38,479 nucleotides of DNA. Origin: Sphacelaria rigidula (Eukaryota). The notes beneath the pieces are model-generated. The model made no database searches. It saw only the letters and a list, made by a program, of their open reading frames with translations, and was not told where the DNA came from. The stretch covers positions 1 through 38,479 of the forward strand of contig CAXNAA020000014.1 of assembly GCA_964200075.2 (NCBI GenBank), written 5' to 3'. A program made the position numbers and the translations under genes. Numbering within the stretch: position 1 is the first letter of the stretch; each line of letters begins with the position of its first letter. Below are positions 1 to 12,173 of the stretch, one piece after another.

Positions 1-699
1 CCAACTCGTCTGTGTCGATGAGATATTGCTTTTAGAGCTTAAATCCGTTTTTAGGCTGGCCCAGCTCGTATTATTATCAATAAATATCGTTTTCGCCTTC
101 TGACAACGACAGACTCTGAATTGGCTTCTGGGTAATGCTAGGACGCAAAGCTCTATGAATTATCATTCCGATTGCAGGCTAGAGCTTGTGCAGTATACGT
201 AACTACTCAACCAACTTCAAACCCTCTCGAGGAGGAAATCAGGAGTCGCAAATTTGCATACTATATCAGACATATTTATACAAACATGATCGGAACAAGA
301 GATCAAGCAGACGGATTGGAGCAGGAACCAGGCGGTATGACAAACTCAGCAACAAGGGGAAACGACACCTAGAACGGAAATAACAACAGGAGAACAAAAA
401 CTGTTCACAAGCATAATTGATAGACTAAGCAAAGCCCATTGAAACGAATAGAAAAACCACCACCACACCGAACCGAAACCCGAAAACCAAAAATCATAAC
501 CAAGACAGGAACGTCTACAAAGCGAAAAAAACGTCAGGCGCGACAGGTGGTAATGATCAAGTTTATGCTGCCGCTACGATCTAGCCCCGTGCATGCCCTC
601 TGGTTCAGACTATCTCCAGCAGCGCCTTATCTCCCCCGAAATGCTAATCGGCAGCGTTATCCTGGTATCAATTTTAGTGGCCTCCGAGATAATTGTTTT

Positions 700-1250
700 A
701 CACGCACTACGATAACATAATTCTGGTGTAGCCTCTCTCCCTTTCAATCCCCCTCAAATCCATAGCTACCTGGTGGAATAGTCCCTGCCGGCTGTTTCCG
801 AGATGACCAAATCTTCTCACCCTTACGGTTGTGATCACTTGGGAATACACGTCCTTGACGGGTGTAGTGTGTGCTTTTGCGCCCCTCGGAGACTGCGATT
901 GCAAGACTGTCAATGGTAGAGATCACGGTTCATGGTCTAGTCTGATAATTTCTGAACCCCCACGTTACTGTAAAGAGTAGTGCGACGAATCACGGCATTG
1001 TACAACAGCACTACTTGTGTCACTCCGCACATTTCACGTTCTCTGCTTTGAACCTGTCCTCCATGGTCCACAGTCTTCCATCGCTGCTGACACGTGCGTG
1101 ACTGTTGAAGGGGCGGGATGAGGGAGAGAGGAGTCACGATGTCGCTTCATGTATGTGTCCATTTTCAGAATTCCTTTACTTCACGTACTTCTAGGCTGCC
1201 ACATATCTGATAAATAGCCTTTCGGTGACGAAATCACTGGTGATAACGAC
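700..1250 (-). mobile_element. Highly decayed non-LTR retrotransposon (LINE, RTE-like ORF2 C-terminal part) remnant in intron
   Basis: Minus-strand fragments occur in the expected order: GSL...SENG, VLLYNAVIRRTTLYS, ITTVRVRRFGHL, HQVAMD. They resemble post-RT motifs of LINE ORF2 and are broken by stops and frameshifts. Boundaries approximate. Confidence 0.4.
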
Positions 1251-1816
1251 CGGTCACTTCGTTTTTATTTTCACGGGCATAGTCCTTCCTATCAACAGCC
1301 TGTAAGGGTGTAAATACTTCGCAGATATTGCTCAATTGCGAACACACACGACTTCTTTCCTGTATCCTACTGTACCAAGGGACAAGCCTGACCAGCGAGC
1401 ATTGGCGTTTGTAGTTTAAAGAATGAAATTCGCGACCAGGGGCGCCGGGAACTCTCGCAAAAGATGGGCATATGGATATCTGGTGCCTCCGCTTAGATCA
1501 CTTGTCCACAATTAGCTCCAGTCTACGACATATTATATCCCCTTCCCAGAATCGTCTGTGATTTGTTTGTCTCTTTGTGGGTTTGCATGTGCATTCGGTG
1601 TGATTCATACGCATACATGATGTGGCATGCAAGAAAGTCTTGTTGCCAGCACTATTCACCAACTGAGACACGGCGGCGCCCACCCTCGATCTGGATTTCA
1701 ACCAATACCAAGTTCCTAGGGAGTCGATACACTCATTGAAAACGTAGGGAATAATCGATGCAGCTGCCTCTAGGCTCACGTACACTGGGTATTTCTGCTG
1801 CTATCCCATGCATTAG

Positions 1817-1936
1817 GCTAGCAATTTGAACTCCATCTTCGAGCAGTTGCAAGGCCCCAGCATTCGACGGGTGCTGAGAGCTCTGGACCAGTCCAAGAGC
1901 ACATACTGTACAACATTCGCACGGTTGTGCAAAGAG
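1817..1936 (+). CDS. Dynein HC exon 1 in window (tail, DHC_N1)
   Basis: tag|[12 protein letters not shown]...[13 protein letters not shown]|gt; missed by the ORF track. Confidence 0.88.
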
Positions 1937-4900
1937 GTGGGTCGACAATTGCGCCTCTAACCCTGGACAACGCAAATTGATTCAAAGAAACTCTCGTGAG
2001 TGGGAATACTTCCGCTACGAGTGTGGCATTCTACTTGAGTTGATACTGCCGATTTCTTCAATCGAGTACATTGTGTCGGGACAGCTGGTCGATATTTGCT
2101 ACGAGTGTACTACAGTGCAAGCAAGATGCGTATGATTGGCGTGGCAATCGCGTACAAAAAGCTTTCTTCCTCTTCAATGGAAGACAAAATGTGTTGCCGC
2201 ATTTTTCGCTTCTGCGGTTCCCAACATAGACTAGGTGCAAAACGAGGCTTCTGCACTCATTTGCTTTGTTCTCTTGACCAGTTGCTTTCAAATGTGGGCG
2301 TCTCCTCGTGCACTAGGAGGCAAGCCATAGCGACTGTACGCTGCCGGATTAGTACACAACATCCCACGGGTTGTTGCGATACCCGAGGTTGTCCGGTTGT
2401 CTATATTACGCCTTCGCGAATCTCTGTAGGTGTTCACCGCGCGTTTGGAGGCAAACGACAACATGAAGTACCTGCGAACGCTCGAAGATTGGTTTGACAA
2501 GCTCAATGACGATGGTGACTTTCCAAAACTACTGGAGGTGCGTGATCTCGGGATTTCTACGGGAGTACCAACGTGTTCGCACCGTTTTCCTCGATTGCAT
2601 CAGCGACAAAGTTGAAGCGTTCGGAAATAGGCATAGCGGTCGCCAGGACTCGCTCTTCATGTTGCGGATCTAATCTAGTGTCAGGTGCTCTCTTCTTGTC
2701 CTACTACGCGACAGCGTCTTTTTAACAGCAACGGCGATGGTACAACCAGCCGACATTTCTTCCGAGTGCATTGTGAGCGCACAACACTGCAATCGAAATC
2801 AGTATCTGGTTGTAAAACGTGAGAGATAAAGATCCCGTATGCACGTGCTCTTACCCCCAACCCTTTGGTGTCCTTCATTCTTCTCGGGTATCACCCGTCG
2901 CTCTCGTGCCCACAGCTCTTCAAGCCGATGCTACACATCATTCTACTCATATGGAAGAACAGCAAGCACTACAACACACCAGCCCGGCTTGTTGTCTTAA
3001 TGAGGGAAATGTGCAACAGCCTGATAATTCAGGCGTGTAAGTACAGCAGCGGCGAGCAAATTTTTACGCTGATTGAGCAGGAAGATGCAGCTAAGGCCGT
3101 GGACCAGCTGAAAACGACCCTCTTGGTGTGCGGCACATTCAAGAGCACTTATTTTGACTACAAGGCGACTGCGAACGCAGAGTGTCCAGCAAATCCTTGG
3201 CGAATACAGGTGCTTCACTAGCAACGAGAGTAAACAGCTCTTCTGCTACAGGATTTCTCCGGCAGCGTGGCCTCCAACGACTACTTACATTGCTCCCTTC
3301 TCTCTGTCTTCCCTTGTACCGTCAGAATAATGCCCTGTTTATGAGGCTTGACAGCTTTCTGGAGCGATGTCACGACATCCTTGACCTGACACAAACCATC
3401 GTCCAGTTCAGCAAACTAGCGAAGATTGAGGTCGGTGGTACAAAGGGCAACACGTTAACGGCTTCAGTGAAGCAGGTGCGGACGTCTTTGTACGCAGCCG
3501 AGTGAAAATAGAGGTGGTATTCATGTGCGTCGGGCACCGAATCCATACTGAGGTTGTGCGCAAGCGCTCGTCAGGGTTCCCCAATCGAGCCTTCACCATC
3601 ATGCCCGAAATTTACACACGTTTCTAATGATTCACCATCGCTTGACGCGTTTGCATTCGTCCACTTAGTTCCACGTGACTTCAAGATTGAAAATCGATGT
3701 GAAAGTGATTTGACCACTGCGACGTAGATATGTCACAACCAAAGAGCTCTCTGCTCGATCGCTCTCTCTCCTTTTCTCAGATTCATCTGGACTTCGAGGT
3801 AGCCGTTGAGAAGTTCAAGGGCGTACCCTATGACATCCTGGACGTTGCAGCGAAACAGGTGTGCCCGCAGCTGTAGTGCTTACATGCCGATCGCACGCTC
3901 ACATACAACGAAAAGCGATACCGAAATCTGCACCCTTCGGTCTACAGGACCTTCCATTCACGAGACGCCTAATGAGAGAGCACCATGATACCATGCCGTG
4001 CATATGCCCTTTCCCTGCATTTGTGGGTTGTGTGGTACACACTGCCCAACCAGTTCGATGATGACTTCTACGAGTTCAGGTGTAGTATCAAGGAACTAGA
4101 GCGTCGACTCGGTGCTGTGGTCAGCTTAGCCTTCGATGACTGCGCCACGGTATACGGAAGGTTTAAGCTTCTAGACAGCTTCGAAGGCCTGCTGGAGCGA
4201 CCTATCATCCAGGTGACACTGGGACACGCATCCTTTTCAGTCGTTTGTACGGCATGAAATGATAACCGTCGTGTACGTATCCACTTGTAGTACCAACTAC
4301 CATAGCAGTCACATCGCGTCGCTAGGGGCGCTCAACGGAGGACTTCATTAGGATTGTGGTTGTATAACAAGGTCAGATACCCCTTGTACTCAAGTGCTGC
4401 ATAATCACGGCGATTCCACTTCCCTATTCGAACGTATACTTCAGGATGAACTGGAGAAGAAGTATGTCGGGCTGGTGCAAAGTTACGGTGCAGACTTGAA
4501 AAAAGTTCAGGAGCTCTTTTTGCAGAACCGGGATTTCCCTCCGATATCATGGAACCTCCCTCCCATCGCGGGAGCACTGACGTGGTGCCGCGGGCTTGTG
4601 GACAGAATTCAGATCCCCATGGCCAAGCTACAACAACTTGACCGCACTATATTGGATCGCGAAGAGGCGAAGGAAGTGGCGAAGGTGAGAGCGAGTTGAA
4701 AAGCTGCAAAAACCTTGAGGTGAGGCTGGCCGAAATCTCGTTCGCTGCCCACGTTTACCAGCAGACATTGTTCAGACGTTAGTTGGTTTGTGATTTGCTG
4801 GAAGAAGACGTAACCTGTGCCAGAAGCTAGTGGGTACGGCCGCCGCCAAGGTCCCTGGCCAATACCGTCGCAAGTCTCGACAACTAACTCCCACCGACCG

Positions 4901-7900
4901 CAAGCGACACTTGGTGTACTCGAGGTCCCAAAACCGATCGGTTTCAGCCCACATTACCGGTTTATCTTGACGAGCCTCCCCGCCTAAATCGCGCTCGGGT
5001 TTCTGACAGGTTTACGCGACCATCATAGCCAGCCTGCAGGAGTATGAAAATCAAAAGATCGAAGAGTGGGGGCGAGATGTCGAAGCCTCTAGTCAGGCGA
5101 AGTTGAAGCTGCCGCTTCTTATACGCGACCTTGATAAGAGTCTTCTGAGCGTCAACTTCGACCCTGCACTGGTGAAACTACTGCGGGAAGTGAAGTACTT
5201 CTTACTCCTTGGGCTCACGGTGCCGGACAGCGCGCTTGAGATTTACAAGCAAGTAGAAATTTTCCGGAGGTGGACAGGAAACCTTGATCTTATCGTCAAC
5301 ATGAACAACGACGTGTTGCTCCAGCTCCTTCCGGTGGAGAAGCCGTTGGTACGGCCATACCTGGACAAGTTCGACAGAGTTATCAGCTCCGGGCTCAGCC
5401 AGATGAACTGGAACAGCAGCGGAATAAATGACTTCATCGAGGAATCCATGGAACAGGTGCGGTGAGGTACGGTAATTTTGGCGCTGAGATTTTGTCGAGT
5501 TGTCCGGGGGTAAGGGCTACTACTGCAGCACCCTGGTTGATATTTCCATGTTCGAGGGGTAGCCGCGGTTTCGAGGATACGGTGCCAGTGCTACTGGAGC
5601 ACGTCGTCGTGAAAACGAATGTTGTAGGTAGTGCTTAGGTTTGTGTAGTACGTGCTTGCCATGCCGTAGGCGTTGAGGTTGAAATGAAGCGTTATACCCG
5701 TTCACATGTTCGACCAGGTCACTGCCGTACACGAGGTGATGCACACCATGAAGACGAATCTGGCCAATATAAAAAACGTCCTCGCAGTATGGGATCGTCC
5801 TCTCATGGAGCGCAAGCCGAAGCCAGTCGATCGAGATGAGTTTGAACGCGCCCACAAGGGGATCAAGACTTCTCGCTATGCTGAAATCAAGGAAGGTGGC
5901 AAGGTCAGTTCATTGGCCTTGTGCTCGCCACTTTTTCGCTGTTTTTTCACCTGTGCGTTGATGCTTCAGTTTTCATCGTGCCCCGACCCTAGCGCTGAGT
6001 CAATGCTTCCTTCCACAAAGGAGTTGCACACTGTAAATCGGTGCCATATGTGTTTTGTTCATTCGTGCATATCCGCACGCGACCCATTTTTTCAAGGGCT
6101 AGGCGTGTGGTTAGCTTCCCGTCTATCGCCATTGGTGACCTACAAGCTCGGATGCGACTTGCCATTAAAAACACGGAATGAATCTTACTGTAATCAGGTT
6201 CTAGCTCTGATCTCCCTAGCTCAGAGGGCCGGACGCCTAGCATCGAGTGTGTACAGTATTAATCTTGAACTGCAGCTGACGAAACTACTTGTTCGCTATT
6301 CCGGCTGTGTTCCGTGTGATATCCTATCGCTTCGCAGGAGATTCACAACATGCTCAAGGAAAACAACAAAGTCCTCAAGTGCTCCAATGCGTCGCCCGAC
6401 TGGCGTGGGTATGTGGACTTTGTCAACAATGTGGTCGTGGACGGCCTGTCGCGTGTAATATGCGCCTCGCTTGAGTACCTCCTCGACCAGGTGCGTCCGG
6501 AGGGGGGGGGGAGCATTCAAACCATCGATCGCTCAACAGACTTCACACATGCTCACAGTCAACATTACGGTCAACACCACCCCAATACGTTGGTTCGCGG
6601 CATCGCTTGGTTCTTGTCGGCGGCTAGCTTCAGACTTGCCCATAGCATCAGAACGCGACCTTGGGACTTTGATCAACGGCATTTTTATCGTTTGCGAGAA
6701 GAGTATTGTCTTGGTGAATGCACGCCCTGAAAGGGGGGCTCTCAACCAGTGCCGAAACCGCGAAAAAACGCGTTTTTATCATTCACCTCGATGATTTGAT
6801 TTTACCCGTTGTACCGTGAAGCTGCAAACACCGTAAATCGCGCCTTGGATGTCTCACGAGGATGGCCTCAGGTCAGCCCGGAAATCATCGCGAAGAAGGG
6901 ACTTCTTCCAGTTATTGAGATCAACCTGGACCTTGTGGACAACGAAGTTCGCTTCCAGCCCCAGGTACGTCGCGCGCAGTTCATGTCCCCCACTATTTTA
7001 TGGTTATCAGTTAATCTGGGCAGAAGAGCGCCAACTTGAAAACGGAGCGTGGTGATACTTCCGCAAAGTCCGCTTCCCCCCAAAACGTCAGTCAGAAGAC
7101 GAGGGACTTGGCGGATTGATCCTTTCTCGGGGAGGTGGTGATTCTTTGTCGTCTGCACACCACCTACCTTGCGCCTACGTGCTGCCAGATTGGGTTTGCG
7201 CCCAACGGGAAAGGAATCCGAGATCTTGTGCACTCCTGGGTTGGGAGCTTCTTTAGCATCGCCACGCTGTTCAAGCGCCTCGATAATGAAGGAACCTATA
7301 TTCGTGAGATGCAGGTGAGCTTACGTGACTCGTAAGCTACGGCGAGTCTCTGACCATGAGAGGTTAGCGTGCGAAAGCGGCGCAGGTAATCCGTGCTGAC
7401 AACTACTGAATGAATTGTAAGCCTTTGTAGCATCAACCTGCATATGCCTTCCCCTTCCTTTCACTCCACCGAGGTTTATCGTCGAGAAACACCTCGCCAG
7501 TCCCTAATCAACGAACGCAAGCCAAGCATACTTTAGGCATAATGCGTATGTTTTCGTGGCTAAGGGGAGTCAACGTAGCTACTCTCGATGTTTGTTGGCC
7601 GACCCGCCGTTTGCTGGTACTGTACCTCAGAGCGACACGGAGGTCCAGATGCTGGTGGCTATATTGAACGATACGTTGTCGGAGAACGACGAGGCGTGCA
7701 TGAGATTGAAGGCACAGTATGATGCCTTTTCCTACCTCTGGCTTACCGATATGTGAGCAGCCCCACACTGCCGAGTTTATTGATGCGGAGTTGAGCGTGC
7801 AAGCTTCGTTGGTTATGCGCTTTCTCTGTCCCGTAAGTAACCTAGATTACCTTTGCACAGGCCCTTGGCGGTGGCGGGCGCGTGGTTTGTCAATTATCTT

Positions 7901-10900
7901 CAAGTTGTGGAGTTTTTTGGACCGGTTTAATTCAGTTATTTTTTCCGTATGCGCACCCCAATAGGTGGCCGAACGGCCTGAAAAATATCATTCGGGCTCA
8001 AATGGTCGTATTTCACCCCTATTCCAGCAGCAAAAAAGAATGGAAACGAAGAGTAAAAACAAGTGCAGGGGGCTTGGCGTGCGAAGGTAACAAAAGTTCT
8101 CAAGAAAATCCTCAAATTAGGAATATTTTAAACCGAAAATCTACACAAAATACATTTCGTTTTTTTTTCCTACTAGCACCCTCCTATACTTTACGTTTTT
8201 AGTGAAGCCAACATTAGCATCCCCAACCCCGTGGTTGAGGTGATATGATCTACCCCAAGTAACCTAGTTTATCTATGGGACAGAGGAAGTATGCGGGCAG
8301 GAACAAATGATATTTCAGCAATGGTCGAGTCTATCTTTCCAGGCAACTTGGTATACAAAGTGTACTATACCACAGGCTTTGCGATGAGTGTACTTGCGCC
8401 TGCGCCTCGTTTGCATGTAGGGGTGCCTTCTTCCACGAGTTCGCCGAAGATGCAATTATTACGACGTCGCTTGGGCAGCGCCTCACGGACCTCAAAAAGT
8501 TTGAGGACGCCATCAAGAAGTATGAAGGGGTACAGTCCTCGGCGAAGAAGCTAATCAGGTACCTACTGTACTGTACTGGGATGGAGAACCTGATGTGCAT
8601 GCGCAAACAGAATGCAAGGATGCTTGGATTGCGAATCCAAGGCCGGAGATGACGGGAAAATGTCCTTGCGTGCTGTTCTCACTACCCGCGGTGACTCTCC
8701 CTCACGATATTGCTTTGCAGTCCGCAAGATATCGGGTGGCTTCGGGTGAAGGTAACCCCCGTGAAGCAGGCCTTGGTTACCTGGTCATCAAAGTGGGTCA
8801 GCATGTTCACCACGCATCTGCAGAGTACCCTGGTGCGAGGCGTCACGTGACCGCGAACATATAGTAGAAGGAGTATGATAAAACACCCGTAAGAAACATA
8901 CGCGTCGCATCAAGTAAGGAAGCGTGATTAACTCGTCGCACGCACTGTTGTTCGCAAGACATTGGTGTCGTTCTGCCTTACGAGTGACCGGGGATCGAGG
9001 TCTACCACACAGGATAGTACAGTGAACACATCGCGTTGGGTTTCTATGTCGGACGCCGTACAGGTGAACAAGCTGGCTTCACTAGACACATTCATGAACG
9101 ACATCTCCACCGGATTAGACGCTGAGGTGTGCGACGGCCCGGACGGAAAAGACAACCTCATGAAGGTATGGACTTTGAAAACATCAAGCATGGCGGATCA
9201 ACTCCCCGTTCAATCGAGGTGAATGTCTGGTCCTGAACTTGAAACTCAATGGGTTCTGTAAATGTTGGTTTAAAGCAGCACCCCCCAGGTACCAATAGTG
9301 TGGTACTGTTCACTGTAGATTTGCTGTCATATGTTGCGGAATACTCCGTTTCTCGGCAGGGATGCCACAGCTGTGATTGCTGCGCCATCCAGTGAATTTA
9401 TGAGCGCCGTATGTGGCGTGATTTTGGTAGGTCATGAAGGACATCAGTGAGGTACGCAAGGCAATGGATACCACGCAAGAGATGTTTGAGCCGCTTCACC
9501 AAATGATCGTCATGCTCAAGCAGCACGGGGTGGACGTGTCGGGAGTTCAGGTGGCAGAGAAGGATGTCCAGGTACGATCGTGCGCGATACTTTTGTACAA
9601 ATCGCAAAAAAAGACCGCGTCTATAAAATTCCTGAGAAGCACTCGTTGTACCTGTTCGGCAAAGCGTACCAAAACCTCGGCGCAGTCCGTCTATCTGCTA
9701 ACATGAATGCGGTCGATACATGTGTGTTACGTCTTGTGCAGGACTTCCTCGAGGAAGCTCCCATGTCATGGGATGCGCTGGTTAAGAAAACGTTCCGAAA
9801 GAAAGAAGAAATACTCCCCATGCAAATGGCCGAGGTGAGCGAACCGACGTTTGGCTGACGTGCACGTGTTCCATTCGCAGGTGTTTATGTGGCAGTTCTC
9901 CCTATGAACTGCACACCAAGTGTATTTACCCCACGCCTACCCCGTATGGCGGGATGAAACGAATTACTACAGTACTACCACCCAGAATAAGTGTATTGGT
10001 AGGCTTCGTTGAGTTTTGGTCCGTTGTCACAGCACATCATTCTCACGTGGCGCTCTCCCCTCGAAACTTGTTGTACTGCGGGCGGGGGCCTTTCGTCCTC
10101 CCACCTCCCGTCCCAACAGGTCGACGCACTCAAGGAAGAGTTGGACGGGTTCTTCCTAGCAATGCGAGAGTTTCGCAACAAATTCCGTGCACAGGCTCCC
10201 TTTGCCTTCCAAGGACCCGTGGAGGAGGCCTACGCACAAATGGAGGCCCACGCCGCACATTTGTTGGAGAAGGAACTGCAAGTACGCAAGTACAACGAGT
10301 TAGAAGACCTGTTCGAGTTGCAAGTTTCAAAGTACCCCGAAACGCAAGACACGCGCATGGAATTGAGGTTGTTAAAAGGTCTCTGGGACTCCAAGGCCAT
10401 GGTAGACAGTACGTACGTTGACTGGCGGACGGCGTTGTGGAGCCAGATCAACACGGAGGCCCTCGACGACGAAAACAAGCTACTGCTGAAACAGCTTCGG
10501 AGGAATGGCAACGACTTCCCCGTTGTGAAGGGCTGGCAAGTATACCGCGACATTGAAGATTCGATAAAGAACATGGGCGTCGTGCTGCCCCTCATCAATG
10601 ACTTGCACAGTCCGGCGATGCGCGTCCGACACTGGAAGAGCTTGGCGACGGTGTGTGAGGTTAAGAGCGTGAACCCGAGCGATCCCAAGTTCACAATGGA
10701 CGACATGATGCAGCTTCAACTCCACTCTCACGTAGAGGACGTATCGATGATCGTGGAAACGGCCCAGAAAGAGCTCAAGATCGAGAACAAACTTGAAGTG
10801 ATTGAGACTGCGTGGACGGACATGGTGCTGCACTACGTGTCCCATAAAGACACGGAGATGTTCGTTGTTAGGCCGTCTGAAGAGTTGATTGAGAGTCTGG

Positions 10901-12122
10901 AGGCTCACCAGATGGAATTGCAGACCATGGTGGGCATGGGCAAATTTGTCGACTTCTTCCGCGACCGAGTTATGCACTGGCAGAAGACGTTGGGGAGCGT
11001 CGAAGAGGTTCTCAAGCTGTGGGCGAATGTCAGCCGGAATTGGGCGTCGCTAGAAAGCATTTTCTTAGCATCCGCAGATATTCGCTCGCAGTTGCCAGAC
11101 GGTGAGTGCTACCACCACAGATTCCTAGCATTTGTGGGCATTTTGGTGGGCACTACAAACCGAGAAGACTTGAAATTTGTCGCACTGCCGTCTCATACGA
11201 TTTCCAACATCTTAATGCCGTGACTTCGCTCACAGTGACCTTATTCATGTACCGCAATCAAACAGTGCCACGACCCATGATCAGCTCGAAGGTTCGTTCC
11301 CGACGTGGCTAGGTACCGTTGGACGTTGCCATCTGAAGGAAGTCGCGCATTGACATTCCTTGGTCGCCATACAGGCCTTCCACCAGACTGCCGATGCATA
11401 CGACGCACCTAGAGCAAGATCCGCTTAGACCCACATATCTGTTATTGACGTGCGTCAGACACGAAGCGTTTCGAGGGGATCGACAGCGAATTCAAGGAAC
11501 TCATGAAGGAAGCTATCAACGTCCCTATGGCGGTGGACGCCTGTGGCGTTGAAGGACGAGCGGAGGGCCTGAAGTCAATGATGCAACGCTTGGAGATGTG
11601 TCAGAAGAGCCTCAACGAATACCTCGACATGAAAAAAAAGGTTTGCTTGATTGTTCTGGGAGTTCCGATCGTAACGCGGTAGGTAGCAACCATCGAAACT
11701 GTGACCGCCTCGCATTTCTGGGACAGCGTGTGGGGGTGATCAGAAGCGGGGAGAAACTTGTACGATACGACACCTCGGACTTCTCTCCTACCGTCGGTGT
11801 TTTTGACATTGAGCGATTTTTTTTTCTGTGCATTTTTCAATCTTGTGCACACGCCACTTGTTTGTCAGATCTTCCCAAGGTTCTACTTCGTTTCTAACGT
11901 AGCTCTGCTGGACATGCTTGCCAACGGCACGAACCCTCCCAAGATTATGCCCTACCTCGGCGATTGCTACGACTCGTTGGCGAATCTTTCCTTCGTTACG
12001 TTGGAAGACGGTTCGACGTCTACGAGGACTGTCAACGAAATGGTGGGTGCAAATTGCAAATGGCGCACTATCGCGAAAGCTTATCTTGTCCAATAAGCTT
12101 GTTCAGCTGCGAACTGCATCTC

Positions 12123-12173
<51 letters not shown>

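Noticed and set aside
5904..6337. 250-aa ORF 5706-6458 staying open across an intron
   Set aside because: Dynein similarity stops at the GT donor at 5904, and exon 10 is in another frame; chance open frame.
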